Below are positions 9,122 through 21,391 of a DNA stretch of 64,000 nucleotides, piece by piece. The translations under genes were made by a program, and so were the position numbers. Below the pieces are notes generated by a model that saw only the letters and a program-made list of their open reading frames with translations, searched no databases and was not told the origin of the DNA. The stretch comes from Candidatus Thorarchaeota archaeon (GTDB lineage Archaea > Asgardarchaeota > Thorarchaeia > Thorarchaeales > Thorarchaeaceae): NCBI GenBank assembly GCA_963726195.1, contig CAVSBO010000005.1, positions 32,001 to 96,000 on the forward strand. The letters run 5' to 3'. Each line of letters opens with the position of its first letter. Within the stretch, counting starts at the first letter, position 1.

Positions 9122-11194
9122 TTGGAAACGCCTTTGCGGTCCTCGAGAGTTGTTCACATGCTCTTCGTTTCCACAATTCTCCTCAACATCCTCATGCCCT
9201 TCCTGATGAGACTCTATGGCGCCCAAATGTACCCCTTCTACTTCATAGTTTACACATGGATTGGACTCTATGCTCTCTTTCTTGCGGTTCTGGTGCGAAA
9301 GCACCGGCTGGGCGACTACCGCTTGATTGGCAATCGGGCATCATTGATAATTGCAGTCGTCTTGACCCTACTGACACGATTTGCTTTCCTTGGAATGTCC
9401 GAGCAGATTTCCCTTGATGCTCTCTGGTATCTTGACTTCGGCACTTTCATGAAAATGGGCATGGTGCCTTATTCCGGGTTCTATTTTCCGTATCCCCCGG
9501 CATTTGCTTACGTCATTATGGCCGTTGCCTTTCTTCTGCCTTCCATAGACAGCTTCAGAGTAATCATGACCATCGCTGACATAGGTGTCGGTCTAGTTCT
9601 CTACAAGCTAGCGCAGAAGATCATCGGGAAACACTGGGGCGAGTCCACATTTCTAATCTATGCTCTGCTACCAATAGCTGTGATAGAATCCGGATGGAGT
9701 GGCCATTTCGAGGCGATTGTGAATCTCCTCATGCTAGCAGCAATCTGGTTCATGCTTATGAAACGTCCGCTGCTCACGGGTCTATTTGTCGGTCTAGCGG
9801 CCGCGATGAAGATCTACCCAGCTCTATTCTTTCCGGTAACTCTTTTCTATCTTCATGGTTGGCGTGAAAGAACGAAGCTAACGATTACTACGCTAGTTGC
9901 GGCGGGAGTAACCTACGTCCCATTCCTGGTTCTAGATCCTTTCTCGACGGCTGGTGCTGCATCAGCAGGACAGGATATCGTTGGTTCGTTCTGGTCTCGT
10001 TTGGTGGGTATCTTGGGAGAAGGCCCGGCACTTCCAATGAACATCATGGCGATAATCGCAGCATGTCTCGTCGTCCTAGCCTCGATTTGGTTTGCCTATC
10101 ACAGGGATCCTGATACCCGCTCGACGAGCTTCAACTTGGCCGTGCTCTTGTTAGGAATCATGCTTGTCGCCATGGGCGGCCTCGCTGGAATCTATCCCTT
10201 GACATCTGAATCCATTCTGGTTTCTTGGCGCTTTCCTGCCGACATTGGGATTATGAGAGGAATCTGCACAATAGTTGTAGGAGTGGCCATCATGTATCAG
10301 GCTGCACGGGGATTGAAGCAACCCACTGGCATGAGTCTCTCAACAGAATCCCTTGCCTTCTTGGGGGCTGCGATTGCGCTGTTGCTCGTGAGTATGTCTC
10401 GTACTCAGATGTTCGGATGGTATCTGCTATGGTCTCTGCCCATTTTCCTTCTTCTCAAAAACCGGAGACTGGCTCTGACGGTTGGTCTATGCTTGCTGTT
10501 AATCTATCCTGGCTACACACATGACAACTTCGCTTCACTTGGTTTCCAAGAGCAGAGCATATGGAGTAACGATATGACCAATACTGGAAACTGGTCTATC
10601 AATGTCTACAGATTAGGCATCCGTGCTGACCCGGGTAACATAAGCGCCGGGGTCGAATCCACCGAATCCGGTGCTCGCTTTTGGTTTGACACGACCAAAC
10701 TCGGAGATTCCAATTCTCTCAACGGCGTGACGCTGTGGTACACAGAAGCTGCATACATCGAGTTTGGACCCTTGACCGAATTCGCGGCTAGAATCAAGAG
10801 TGGCTGGGACCCAACCTTCGGGGAGCTCGCTGTGTTTAGGCTCATTTTTCAAGGAATCCTTGAAAACGGGACTGACGTATGGGCCACCATTGCCTCACCT
10901 TCCACTGCGCTGACGAATCTAACGTGGACCTCTTGTCGAAGCAATTTCATCTCACACTCCGAAGCAATAGGTGGCCATACTTTCAACTTGACAGTGGTCA
11001 TAACGCCCCGTGTGCTGGTTAGGTCCGGATACGAGATTGGAGTTATGTACACAACTTACGATGGACCTCTAGACACGGCATACTTACCAATCGTCGGTTC
11101 AGTAATGATTTTCGTTCTCGCATCATGTTTTCTGCTAAGGAGAGAGCTGGCCGAGCTGGAACGCTCAGAATTGGGCGTGACAATCTCTGAATAG
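9122..11194 (+). CDS. GT87/PIG-M-like GT-C membrane glycosyltransferase with C-terminal extracellular domain
   Basis: PYSGFYFPYPP, GHFEAI, AAAMKIYP and WYLLWSLP motifs; about 13 TM segments. Confidence 0.7.
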   Translation: METPLRSSRVVHMLFVSTILLNILMPFLMRLYGAQMYPFYFIVYTWIGLYALFLAVLVRKHRLGDYRLIGNRASLIIAVVLTLLTRFAFLGMSEQISLDALWYLDFGTFMKMGMVPYSGFYFPYPPAFAYVIMAVAFLLPSIDSFRVIMTIADIGVGLVLYKLAQKIIGKHWGESTFLIYALLPIAVIESGWSGHFEAIVNLLMLAAIWFMLMKRPLLTGLFVGLAAAMKIYPALFFPVTLFYLHGWRERTKLTITTLVAAGVTYVPFLVLDPFSTAGAASAGQDIVGSFWSRLVGILGEGPALPMNIMAIIAACLVVLASIWFAYHRDPDTRSTSFNLAVLLLGIMLVAMGGLAGIYPLTSESILVSWRFPADIGIMRGICTIVVGVAIMYQAARGLKQPTGMSLSTESLAFLGAAIALLLVSMSRTQMFGWYLLWSLPIFLLLKNRRLALTVGLCLLLIYPGYTHDNFASLGFQEQSIWSNDMTNTGNWSINVYRLGIRADPGNISAGVESTESGARFWFDTTKLGDSNSLNGVTLWYTEAAYIEFGPLTEFAARIKSGWDPTFGELAVFRLIFQGILENGTDVWATIASPSTALTNLTWTSCRSNFISHSEAIGGHTFNLTVVITPRVLVRSGYEIGVMYTTYDGPLDTAYLPIVGSVMIFVLASCFLLRRELAELERSELGVTISE

Positions 11195-11274
11195 TGCCCC
11201 TCAAAGGCATCTGAGGAAAGGCGAATATTCAGCAAACTTTTTCACTGATACGCGTAAGTTGCGATTGATGAATC

Positions 11275-12138
11275 ATGCCAGAGACCTTGCAATCCATCAT
11301 GGCTGAGCTCCGTTCACGTATCAACACAGAAGATACCACAACGAAGGTGTACCACAGAGAGATAGAGTCTCTCAAGGCGAAGACACAGGTTGCAATGCCG
11401 TCAGGCGGCAAAGGCACGAGAATTCGAAGTGAAACCCAGAATGATGGAATTAACAAGGTGATGATTCCAGTCGACGGGAAGCGAAGCATGATTGAGAAGG
11501 CCATAGACGATTATGCAAGTGCTGGATTCAAGCGATTCGTCGTTCTCACGGGGTATCTCGCCGACAAGGTGAAGGCACATCTGGGTGATGGGTCAAGATG
11601 GGGCGTTGAGATACGCTATTCAGACGATCCTAGCGGAAAGAAGGTGGGCAACGCAGGAGCTATCCTCAATGCTCTAAACAATGGCGCATTAGACGATTCT
11701 CTTGTCACCATAGTTCACAATCCGGACGACGTGATTGTCGGTATGAATCGTTTCTACGGAGACGTATTCTTGGAGGGGCATCTCAGAGGTCGAAAGAATG
11801 GTTGCATAGCAACCTATGTTGTAGTTCCAGAGACACCCTACCAGTACTCTGGCATGATAATAAAGAAAGGAAAAGTAGTCGATACCACCAAGTATCCCCA
11901 GATTGCAGTCCCAGCTCACACTGGCATCACGGTCTTCGATCCAGATGTCTACGAGTACTTCAGGCAGTTGGTCTCACTCGAAGTCGAGTCTTCGTTTGAG
12001 AGCGTTGTATCTCCTACGCTTGTAGAAAAGGGCATTTTATTCGCAGTTAACATCCCATCAGACAAGTGGATTCCAGTCAATAGCTTGAAGGAACTGGAAG
12101 CCGCCAAGGAAGCCTTGTCTAAGGGCACACATGAGTGA
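11275..12138 (+). CDS. Sugar-phosphate nucleotidyltransferase
   Basis: GGKGTR motif, K.MIPV.G, HLGDGSRWGVEIRY. Confidence 0.85.
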   Translation: MPETLQSIMAELRSRINTEDTTTKVYHREIESLKAKTQVAMPSGGKGTRIRSETQNDGINKVMIPVDGKRSMIEKAIDDYASAGFKRFVVLTGYLADKVKAHLGDGSRWGVEIRYSDDPSGKKVGNAGAILNALNNGALDDSLVTIVHNPDDVIVGMNRFYGDVFLEGHLRGRKNGCIATYVVVPETPYQYSGMIIKKGKVVDTTKYPQIAVPAHTGITVFDPDVYEYFRQLVSLEVESSFESVVSPTLVEKGILFAVNIPSDKWIPVNSLKELEAAKEALSKGTHE

Positions 12139-12253
12139 AGAAAAGACAGAGGAAGATTCCAGTGAGTGCTAGGGCCGTGTCCGCATTGAATCTGCCTCTT
12201 CTAGGCACGACGACATTGTTGTATCTGTGCAGTCTTTCGGAGGCCTCAACAGC

Positions 12254-12958
12254 ATGAAGACAGTGATAGTGCCAACTCTGAATGAGGCCGACAACGTTGG
12301 TCGTTTGATAGAATCCATCTTCAAGATTGTGGGGCCAAACAATGTATCTGTGATGGTGATCGATGATGACAGCAGAGATGGCACACAACAGATTGTGACC
12401 GATCTCAGCAAACGGTTCGAGAGCGTACGGTTGGTCGTGCGAAAGAACGAGCGTGGCCTCGGAAGCGCCGTGCGGCTAGGGGCCAGTCTTTCGGGCTCCG
12501 ATGCAGTGGTGGTGATGGATGCTGATTTTTCCCATGACCCTAGGTACTTGCCAGCGTTCCTCGCGAAGCTCGACGAGGGGTTTGACGTGGTCGTAGGGTC
12601 AAGGTATGTTCGTGGTGGTAGAATCGTGGGATGGCCGGGGAGCCGTATCGCAGTCAGCAAGATCGCAACTCTCATTGCGAGGCTGATGTTTCACTTGCCC
12701 GTCAAGGATCCAATGAGTGGCTTTGTGGGATGCCGCTCCGGACAGAGTCTCTCCGATGGTTTCAAGATTGCAGACTTCAAGTTTCTTCTCGAGATGATGG
12801 TCAGGAATCCAAGGTTGCGAGTCACAGAGACGCCCATAGTATTCCATGACAGGACAAGAGGCAAGAGCAAGCTTGGTACTTCCTCGATACTTCTGTATCT
12901 CAAATTGGTAGTCGACCTCTTTTTCCGTAGACGTAGGCGAGTGACGAGCTCGCATTAG
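12254..12958 (+). CDS. Polyprenol-phosphate mannose synthase-like GT2
   Basis: IVPTLNE, DDDSRDGT, MDADFSHDP, VVGSRY, DPMSGF, R..GKSKL. Confidence 0.9.
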   Translation: MKTVIVPTLNEADNVGRLIESIFKIVGPNNVSVMVIDDDSRDGTQQIVTDLSKRFESVRLVVRKNERGLGSAVRLGASLSGSDAVVVMDADFSHDPRYLPAFLAKLDEGFDVVVGSRYVRGGRIVGWPGSRIAVSKIATLIARLMFHLPVKDPMSGFVGCRSGQSLSDGFKIADFKFLLEMMVRNPRLRVTETPIVFHDRTRGKSKLGTSSILLYLKLVVDLFFRRRRRVTSSH

Positions 12959-13109
12959 AAGTGCGAATGGATGCGACTTGCGACGATCATGATTCTTCGT
13001 AGGCGCAAGATTGTGAGCTTCCATCGTGTCAGAGTCCTTAATAGTCAATGCAAGTCGACTGAGTGTGTCAAGCTAACAGACGGTCTGCGTGTTGAGTCCT
13101 TCGAGCCGA

Positions 13110-14373
13110 ATGCCACATCTTGCCATATTGGTTGAGCATTTCCCTCCTTTCCTTGGCTCAGATAGGACTGTCTTTGAGCTTGCTAAGAGAGCGGCAGAAC
13201 AGAATGTCAAGGTGCATTTTGTTGCTACGCAACCGCTTCGATATCTACTTGGCCAGCGCCCTCCGGACTGGAAATACAAAGACAACTGGAGTCATCCGCC
13301 TCTTCGACTCCATGCCAATGTCTCTGCAAAGTACCTTCTTCTAGGCAATCGAATGCTGAGCCTCTGGCGCGTGGCAGTGCCTCTGGCGTACATCATTACC
13401 ATCATCCTGTTCACTGGGCGCGCAATAAAGGAGGTCAATCGGTGCAAGGCTGACATCGTGGTTGTTGCTAATGCTTCTCCACTCTTAGGCGTGGTTGGGT
13501 TTCTATGTGCGCGGCTTGCCGGGCGTCCTTTGCTCATGGGTTGTCCTGACTGGATGTCTGCTTATGCCGCCGGTCTAGCAGGCCGTAAGATGGACAGCAT
13601 CCGTCTGGTGCTCATGAATGCAGTCGAAATGCACCTGTACAAATGGGCTGATGGAGTGTTTGCAGTGACTGCATTCTTGGGAAAGGCGCTAGCGAGGTAT
13701 GGAGTGAAACCCGAAAAGGTGTCAGTCATCCCAAATGGTGTAGATACGCAAGAATTCTCTCCACAGGTTGACGGTTCAGATGTGCGCAGGAAGTATGGAC
13801 TCGGCAATCGTTGTGTCGTACTGTTAAGTGGGCATCTAGAAGAATGGGCGGGGGTCTCTCTCATGCGTGACTTGGCTATGAAGCTTGACAAGGAGTTTCC
13901 AGACTCTCGCATTCTGCTGGTTGGTGCAGGCTCGTCCATGACCTCCCTGCTAGAGAGGCTTGCCAAAGACAACTTGGACCACATGGTGATCTACGCGGGT
14001 CTGCAGCCTTTCGAACAGATGCCGAAATTCAACAGTGCCTGTGACATAGCGGTCTGTGTGTTCCCTAGGACTTTCACTTCTCACGCGGCTTCTCCTCTCA
14101 AGATTTTTGAATACATGGGCGCGGGGAAAGCTATAGTTGCCACGCAAGTGGCTGGCACGGCAGAAATCCTCAACGAGAACACTGGGATCCTCGTGCGACC
14201 TGACGACACTGCGGCGATATGCGATGCTGTCGTAAGGCTCTGCCCGCGACCCTCATCTTAGAACACGCCTAGGGGCAAATGCAAGAGCACTTGCAGAAAG
14301 ATCCTTCTCTTGGGCACACCTTTCACAGAGGTTTCTTGATGAGTGCTCCAAGGTCATGGAATCAAAACAATGA
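13110..14373 (+). CDS. GT4 glycosyltransferase; one extra C at about 14243 (probable sequencing frameshift)
   Basis: IPNGVD, SPLKIFEYMGAGK; the shifted frame restores CRDPHLRTRLGANARALAERSFSW to a stop at 14373. Confidence 0.8.
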
Positions 14374-14382
14374 TGGAGTAAC

Positions 14383-15615
14383 CTAGGGCAGTGTCATTGT
14401 TATCCGATAATTGCTCATCGTCCTTCTGATAGCCAGAGCCCATGTTTCGGTTTTCGCATATTGCCTGAGTCTTTCACCAATCTTCGCGGCTGAATCGGCA
14501 TCGCTCAGGATGTGCACCAGTTTCTCAGCCATGTCTTCCGTGCGTCCTGCTTGAAAGAGGACGAGAGCACCCCCGAGTGACTCTCTCATATGATGTCCCG
14601 TGTTGGAAGCAGCTATTGGGACGCCATATCCTGCTGCGCCGTGAGCAGGTCCGCTGGCACCAACACTTTCCACATACGGCAACAGGATTACTGACGCGGC
14701 CGACATATACGTCGGTACCTCCTCCTCAGGAATGAACTTCGTATCAAATCTCACAACGTCGTTGAGGGAAAGCGAAGATGCGCTTTCATGAAGCTCAGTA
14801 AGGTACTGCAAATCTTGCTTATCCAGAGGTGCACCGGCGATCAACAAGACCGAATCTGGTACAACCTTGTGCACATCGTTCATTGCCAGCAGAGCTTTCT
14901 CTAGCCCTTTTCCTCGCCGGATGAATCCAAAAACCAGAATGACCTTCTTCCCTGGGAGGCCCAGATTCTCAAGTGCCGATTCTCGGTCAATTACCCTCTG
15001 AGGAAGTCGGCAAGGCATGGGTATCTCCAGAGTTTTCTTCTCTTGGAACCCCCATTCCGCAAGGAATCTCTCTCTGAGCGTCGAGCCGGTTTTCACAGTG
15101 CTGAGCTGAACTGAGCTGGTTCCGAAATCGAGCAACCGCATGTAAATCCGGAACAGTGCCGGAGCCAGAACCGAGAGCCCACCGATTGTCCTGTATCCTC
15201 TGACCCGTTTCTGTAACTGGTCGCGCATCCAGGTGCTGTGAAGGGTCATTGTTGTCTTGATACCTAGCGCCCTAAGCAGGATTAGGAGTAGCAACATTGG
15301 TTCTCCGAAGAGTCCTCCGTAAACCTTCCCGTATGGTCCAAACTGAACATGGACGATATGCGGTCTCAACTTGCTGAGTATTCTCAGAAGCCTGAATGGA
15401 TACATTAAGCTACGTCCATTCCATACCCGATAAATCTCGGTGTTCCTCGTCCCTTCGAGAAGCGGTCTTGCATCTCGACCAGTAATGGCGAATACTCTAA
15501 TGTTGCTGATGCTATCGAGACCGTGGATTAGCTCTGCGGCATAACTGGACTCGCCTGTTCTCTGTGGCGGCAATGGAGAAATCATGGCGACTCGAAACAT
15601 CGGGCTCGGGCGCAC
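14383..15615 (-). CDS. GT4 glycosyltransferase
   Basis: SPLPPQRTG, FGFIRRGKGLE, VILLPY..SG. Confidence 0.85.
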   Translation of the reverse strand: MRPSPMFRVAMISPLPPQRTGESSYAAELIHGLDSISNIRVFAITGRDARPLLEGTRNTEIYRVWNGRSLMYPFRLLRILSKLRPHIVHVQFGPYGKVYGGLFGEPMLLLLILLRALGIKTTMTLHSTWMRDQLQKRVRGYRTIGGLSVLAPALFRIYMRLLDFGTSSVQLSTVKTGSTLRERFLAEWGFQEKKTLEIPMPCRLPQRVIDRESALENLGLPGKKVILVFGFIRRGKGLEKALLAMNDVHKVVPDSVLLIAGAPLDKQDLQYLTELHESASSLSLNDVVRFDTKFIPEEEVPTYMSAASVILLPYVESVGASGPAHGAAGYGVPIAASNTGHHMRESLGGALVLFQAGRTEDMAEKLVHILSDADSAAKIGERLRQYAKTETWALAIRRTMSNYRITMTLP

Positions 15616-15795
15616 GATGGTGCCCTACCTTGAAAAAGCCTTCCGAAGCCGATTCTTCAAGAGCTTGCGAAGTCTGAGTCTCGGAGCATTAGGAGTAGGT
15701 TTATTCAAGGGGTATATTGTAAAGTTCTGCGCCTTTCAGAGATTGTCCCTTGCAACAAGCCAGCACGATGAGACAGACAACCTAGAGCTGAGAAA

Positions 15796-17338
15796 GTGTC
15801 CGATGGAACTCTGCATCCTGCCAAGGGTACTTCGATTTTCCTCGTGCAGTCAGTATTCTCCGGGGTCTTTCGGCTAGGTAACATCATGGTCTTGACCAGG
15901 TTGCTGTTTTCCCAAGACCTTGGCAGGGTTGCGATAATGGGCATGGTCTATGCTTTCATGCAGTTCCTAGGAGCTTTCGGGTTGAACAACGCCTCCCCGC
16001 TTGTGGTACCTCAAGAGGAAAGAAGTGGCCAGATGGGACGAGTACGATTCTTCCTGAGGCGTTCAATCGTGATTGTTCTCATATCATCCATGTCACTCAT
16101 CCTGCTTCTCCACCTCATCTTGCCGCTTTTTGTCTCTCCACAGACTCTTGCGCCCAGCCTGCTGTGGCTGATTCTCATCATAGGACCATTTTCTTCCCTT
16201 GAGGCCTTTCTTGATTCCTTTCTCCTGGCAAGATACCATGTGGGTCCTCTCATAGTCGGGCGAATCATGTTCGACGCTTCTCGTTTTGCATTCACTGTGC
16301 TTCTTGTGGCCAGCGGCTTTGGCGCAACAGGTGTGGCAATTGGTTGGTTCATTGGTGAAATCATTGCAGTCGCGGTTTTTGGCAGCGCAGCGGCAAGAGG
16401 CTTGCCTAAGATTTCGTCGCCTATTATCATGAGACCGATTCTTGGCTTTGCTCTATCTACCATGCTCTTTCAGACAGTCGATGTGACAATTCAGAACACA
16501 GACAGAGTCATTCTGCTGCAATTCGCTGGTTTGTCATCGTTAGGCGTGTACGACATCATTCTGGGGATGCTCTTCCTAATTCAGCTTCATTTCTCTTTCA
16601 GTCTCCAGCGCTGTGTACCCCATTCTAACGCGAACCAGAGTCAGCCTTCAGGGGCTCCCTGGCTGGGGTCGTAGCATGGGGCGCCTTGTTTCATTGCTCC
16701 TGAGGTACATACTGCTGTTGCTTCTGCCCATTTCGACGATTGCGTCGATTAACTCCTACTTAGTATTGAGTGTCGTACTTGGAAGTAGTTATGCTGACTA
16801 CCCGGGTGCATCGCTTTCATTCTCGGTGTTGGTGCTGTCCTACGTCGTTTGGGGTGTGGTGTACGGCATCCATGCCAGTCTGCGGTCACTTGGTGAAGTG
16901 AAGTTTTTTGCTGTCGTTGGCATTGGAATCGTGTTTTTTGAAATCGGAAGCTGCTGGTATCTGACATCGTTGCTGGGCCTATTCGGATCAGCGTTAGTCC
17001 GTGCGATGTACATAGCACTACTATGCATAACGGGGCTTGTGCGATTGCGTCAAAGGGGTATTGTTGGACTGGCCTCACTTGCGGTGTCAGTCGGCAGAAT
17101 CACGGCCGCCTCAATTGCCTGCGGGATGTTGGTCTTTTTGGCCGCGCCGTCGGGTTTTCTAAGCTTCCTCTTCTGGGTGGCTGTTGCGATGGCTCTCTAC
17201 GTCCTGTTGTTGTTCCTATTTCGAGAGATCACAGAACGTGACTTCCGCATTGCACGTTCCGTTTTTCCATCGTCGCTTCTGCCGCTGGTTAACAGAATAG
17301 AACGCGTATACCACAAGGGGTCTTCGGGTTCAACCTGA
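15796..17338 (+). CDS. Wzx/MATE-type oligosaccharide flippase; frameshift at about 16578
   Basis: Two ORFs join on removal of one A (CTAATTC); TRLL...DLG, QNTDRVIL, LGVY motifs; about 14 TM segments. Confidence 0.8.
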
Positions 17339-17341
17339 GCA

Positions 17342-18391
17342 TTACCATCTCTTCCACAGCCTGAGGTACTTGCTGACGAGATTATCCCAAGTCATTGATG
17401 CAGCGAAAGCGACCCCTTCTTTTGACACTCGCGAATAGAGCTCGGGATTCTGCGCAAGCACTGCAATCTCCTTTGCTATTCCCTTTGGCGTTCGATGCAC
17501 GGAGATTGGGCCTCCTTCTTTCCAAACGGCCCCCAAGTAGTGCCATCTCAGAGATGTCTTCGCGACGCCTACAACCGGCAGCCCCAGTGCCATGGCCTCA
17601 AGAATAGAGAGATATCCTGCGGCAAGGCAGATGCTGCAGCTGTTCACTATATTGATCGGCTCTGCAACCCATCCAAGGATCGTCAATTGGAGCTTTCTTG
17701 CAGCTGCAAAATCAGCCAACTCGTCGCACATGCTGCCTGACCCACATACCTTCAGTTGAGTGGTAATCCCGTATTCCGTCTTGAGGATGTCCAAGGCCTT
17801 GACATAATCTTCAATGCCTGTGTCAGGTTCGGCTCTTCCTACGAAAACCAGACCATTCCGCGGGACTACGGACAGCTGATTTGGGTTCACGGCCCCCAAG
17901 GATGTCTCATCGCATTTTGTGCCATACAGCTCGTGGATATACGGCCCCATGCAAAGGCATCCCCGGGTGAACTTTACTATAGCTCTGCGTAGAAGTATGA
18001 ACCGCATGGGCACTGGGTCTTTTTCGTACCCATGAAACGTCACATATAGCGGCTTGGACGGGAAGGCTATTTTGAGCGGAAGGCTCCACAATAGTGGGAC
18101 CGCATCATGAGCATGTAGGATGTCATAGTGGCGGAATCTGCGGCAGTTTGCAATAACCCATATACATGCCAAGATGGGGTTCCGATCCCACTGGAATGGC
18201 ATCCTGATAATATCGGATGCCTCGCCTGTTTCCATTCTTGGGAGTCCAATCTCATGGCAACTTGTCAACACAGTGACTTTCATTCCCATGCCAGCGAGCT
18301 TTGAAGATATCCCCTCGATATGCCTCTCGACACCCCCGATTGACGGTTTGTAGCGAGCTGATATCATCAGAACTCGGGCTCTATCTTTCAA
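17342..18391 (-). CDS. GT4 glycosyltransferase
   Basis: PSIGGVERH, FVGR, ILEAMALGLPVV. Confidence 0.88.
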   Translation of the reverse strand: MKDRARVLMISARYKPSIGGVERHIEGISSKLAGMGMKVTVLTSCHEIGLPRMETGEASDIIRMPFQWDRNPILACIWVIANCRRFRHYDILHAHDAVPLLWSLPLKIAFPSKPLYVTFHGYEKDPVPMRFILLRRAIVKFTRGCLCMGPYIHELYGTKCDETSLGAVNPNQLSVVPRNGLVFVGRAEPDTGIEDYVKALDILKTEYGITTQLKVCGSGSMCDELADFAAARKLQLTILGWVAEPINIVNSCSICLAAGYLSILEAMALGLPVVGVAKTSLRWHYLGAVWKEGGPISVHRTPKGIAKEIAVLAQNPELYSRVSKEGVAFAASMTWDNLVSKYLRLWKRW

Positions 18392-18488
18392 GACATGATG
18401 CTCCTTGGTTCCGTGCCACGAAGACGCTATTTAGTTTTGTGAGTTCACAGAGGTTGCTAGGTTTCACATTGAGCGAGTACGATGCTGT

Positions 18489-21189
18489 CTAGGCATGATC
18501 GGTAATCCATAGTGACATCGATTCGATGACTACGGAACCACCAGGGTTGCCGTGAATCACGATGCGGATGTCACCAAGGGTGACATTACTGACAGGACAG
18601 AAGTATGCGTCCATGTTTCCGGCGGATACGTGGTAAATCAGGTCGCCGCCTGAATTCCATAATTCGATTCTTGTAACCCCCGCAGACGTGTTGTGAATTT
18701 CACAAAGCAGGAATCCGGCAACCACATTGAGGCCCAAATCAAAATCACCTGACCGCCGCGTGCTCGTTTCATTCTGCATGCTTCCTATCACTACACTCTG
18801 CGTATCCGCTTGAGTTGGTAATGGCTCCACCGTTGGTGGCCGTCCATGCGGGACTCAGGAGATTGGCATTCCACGCCTTTGTGTAGCTCAGGTTGTTGAA
18901 CCTGAATACGCGGGTCTGTCGACCTAGGCTATCTGGAGAGTTCTCGCCAACCAAGGTAATTGAATACACGGGCCCAGTGTGGTTACCACTATCAGGGATT
19001 GAGGTGGTATTGGTCCATAATGGCAGAGAAGCACCCACTGCAATTGGATACTCCAGAAGCTCACGAATGGTCTGCCAGTGAGCAATAGTGAAAGGATCAA
19101 CAACCAAATAGCTTGCATTGTATTGTTTTGCCAGTGCGATTATCTCGTTATTCGCGTTGGCAGTTGGGAGACCTACTCGACTGAATGAGAGAATCGCCGA
19201 ATGTCTGCCAGTTAGCCATGTGAACTCTCTACCCCTGTCTGCCAGATACACTGCACTGATACTGCCCGTTTGACTAACAATCGCTGTAAGATTCTGCCAA
19301 GTATATCTCTGTTCGATATTGGTGATATCCAATCCGTACGGGATAGCTACGTACCCCGGCAAATAACCAACTGCAATGATTGCAACAAGCATGAGCGCTC
19401 TTCTTCGTCTCTTTGACATCATCTTACTCGGGGGTCCAGAGATGTCATTTGTTCCTTCCACCGATTCTCGGAAGGCAAAATACGGTCCGAGTGACATGAT
19501 AAACAGAATTGTCGCAAAAAGAAAGAACCTCGAGTCAGAGTAGATGTATTGAAGCTGGAGGCTATCCTGAACAGTGCTCAGTACTTTCAGAGTTCCTGCA
19601 GCGGCCGCTACGGCCGAAGCTACTAGCACAAACGCCATCTGCCTGTTGTGACCTCGAGCCATTGCGACAGGGATCATGCAAGTCAGCACTATCGAAAGGT
19701 GGAATATGAGAAAGAATGCAAAGCTTGCTACAATGGTTGGTGTCAGTGGCGCCAGGATCGCGGAAACGAGCTGCTCAGCCTGAGCGGCTCCCGTGTGTCC
19801 TGCAATTTCGCCTGCTATCTGAAGTGGCCATAGCCATGCAATCTCGGTAATCATGATTCCAATGAACATGGGCGCGAACCTTTGAACGCCAATCTTGGGA
19901 CGGAGAATCCTCATGATCACAAGAACTATGTATACAAACGCCCACACCCCAAAGAAGACGAAGATGTCGGCGAGATACAGTCTCGCCACCAAGACGAAAG
20001 GCAGAAGCAAAGAAAAAGACAACTCTCGTCTCTTCCTGAGGCTTCCCGTAACCAAGAACACCGCCGGAAGTGTGATGCATATCAGGTAGAAGTTTGCGTA
20101 CCAGATAGCATCGATAAGTCCCATGAGAACCCCGATAGTCAGTAGTATTCCTGCGCCGCCCTCTCGGCATTCTACAAGCAGAAGAATCGCAAACATGACG
20201 AAAAGAAGGCTAGATATTTCTGGCCCGTATGCAACAGCTGAATGAAATACAAAGAGTGGGTGAATCGCTACTAGGCTCGTTGACCAAATCGCTGCGGTAC
20301 TCCCAAACCAACGTTCTGTTAATGAGAAACACGGGAAAAGAAGTACTAGTCCTATCAGGACTAGAATCAATGTTGGTCCGGAGGTACCGGGGGAAGCCAA
20401 TAGCCAAGACAAGGCGAAAATATAGGTAGTCGCTTGGTGAACGATATAATCTACTCCCGTACCAACTGCTATGACTGCACTGTCGTTCGAGACTGAGGAC
20501 TGGAAGATGCCGTTCATGATTCCCCTCGCATAGTCTGCGTACAGAGAGGCATCTGGAGCGATGCAGTTCTGTGCAAAGCAGAGTAACATCACACGTGCCA
20601 GTAACCCCAGACCAAGAATGAGAACGAGAGGACGGTGCGCACCGAATTGAAACGCGCTTGAAAGATCGCGCCTCTTGTTCCAATGCCACATCAGGACCAA
20701 GCCAATCCCCAATGTGCACAGACTCATGAGGAGCATCCATATCACAAGAGGCATTCTGAGTCCTAGAAAGGCCATGTTGTATAGGAGGTGAATCTGAAGA
20801 ATCGCAAGGAAGATGCCCGAGAATATCGTGGTTCCTATGTTCATAAGGCGCTTTGGCAAGAGCAGGGTCGCCAAGACGGCCCCTTGAACTATGATTAGAG
20901 CCACAAGTCCTGAAACAAGCCTGACAGGAAAAGTAATGATGGAAGGAACTAGTGAATAAGAACCCAAGAAAATCATTGCACTGAGAATGTATGCGATGGT
21001 CAAGTGAAGGGTTGGGCCAAGCCTGAATAAAGAACCTACCCAGTTGGGCCACTGCCGGCGTCTCGATTCAGGAACGATTTCTTCTCCGAGCAAACGCATG
21101 AGGTCTCCATCCAAACGGGTAGTTGCCGGCGCAAGCCACAAAGATGACTGCTTATTATAGTAATCCCTGCCAACATCTGCTATCCTCAC
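18489..21189 (-). CDS. ArnT/PMT-like GT-C membrane glycosyltransferase with C-terminal extracellular domains; frameshift at about 18795
   Basis: PDASLYADYARGI first-loop motif, many TM segments, DSRFF; the 18489-18830 ORF continues the frame. Confidence 0.6.
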
Positions 21190-21391
21190 GCAAAACCCTC
21201 ACCATGTCTGGGCATGAACGCGATTGCTCGTCATCCATGCTCCTTTCTGATTGTGAGAAAGTCTGAGTGTTCCTGAATCGGACGTCTCTTCGTTCTTGGG
21301 CGGAGATTTCCAAAATTCAACTTTGTCAAGTAATCAGAGAAGACTATTAACAGCACACTGCGTAAGTTGTACTACGCCTTTCATCTGAAGA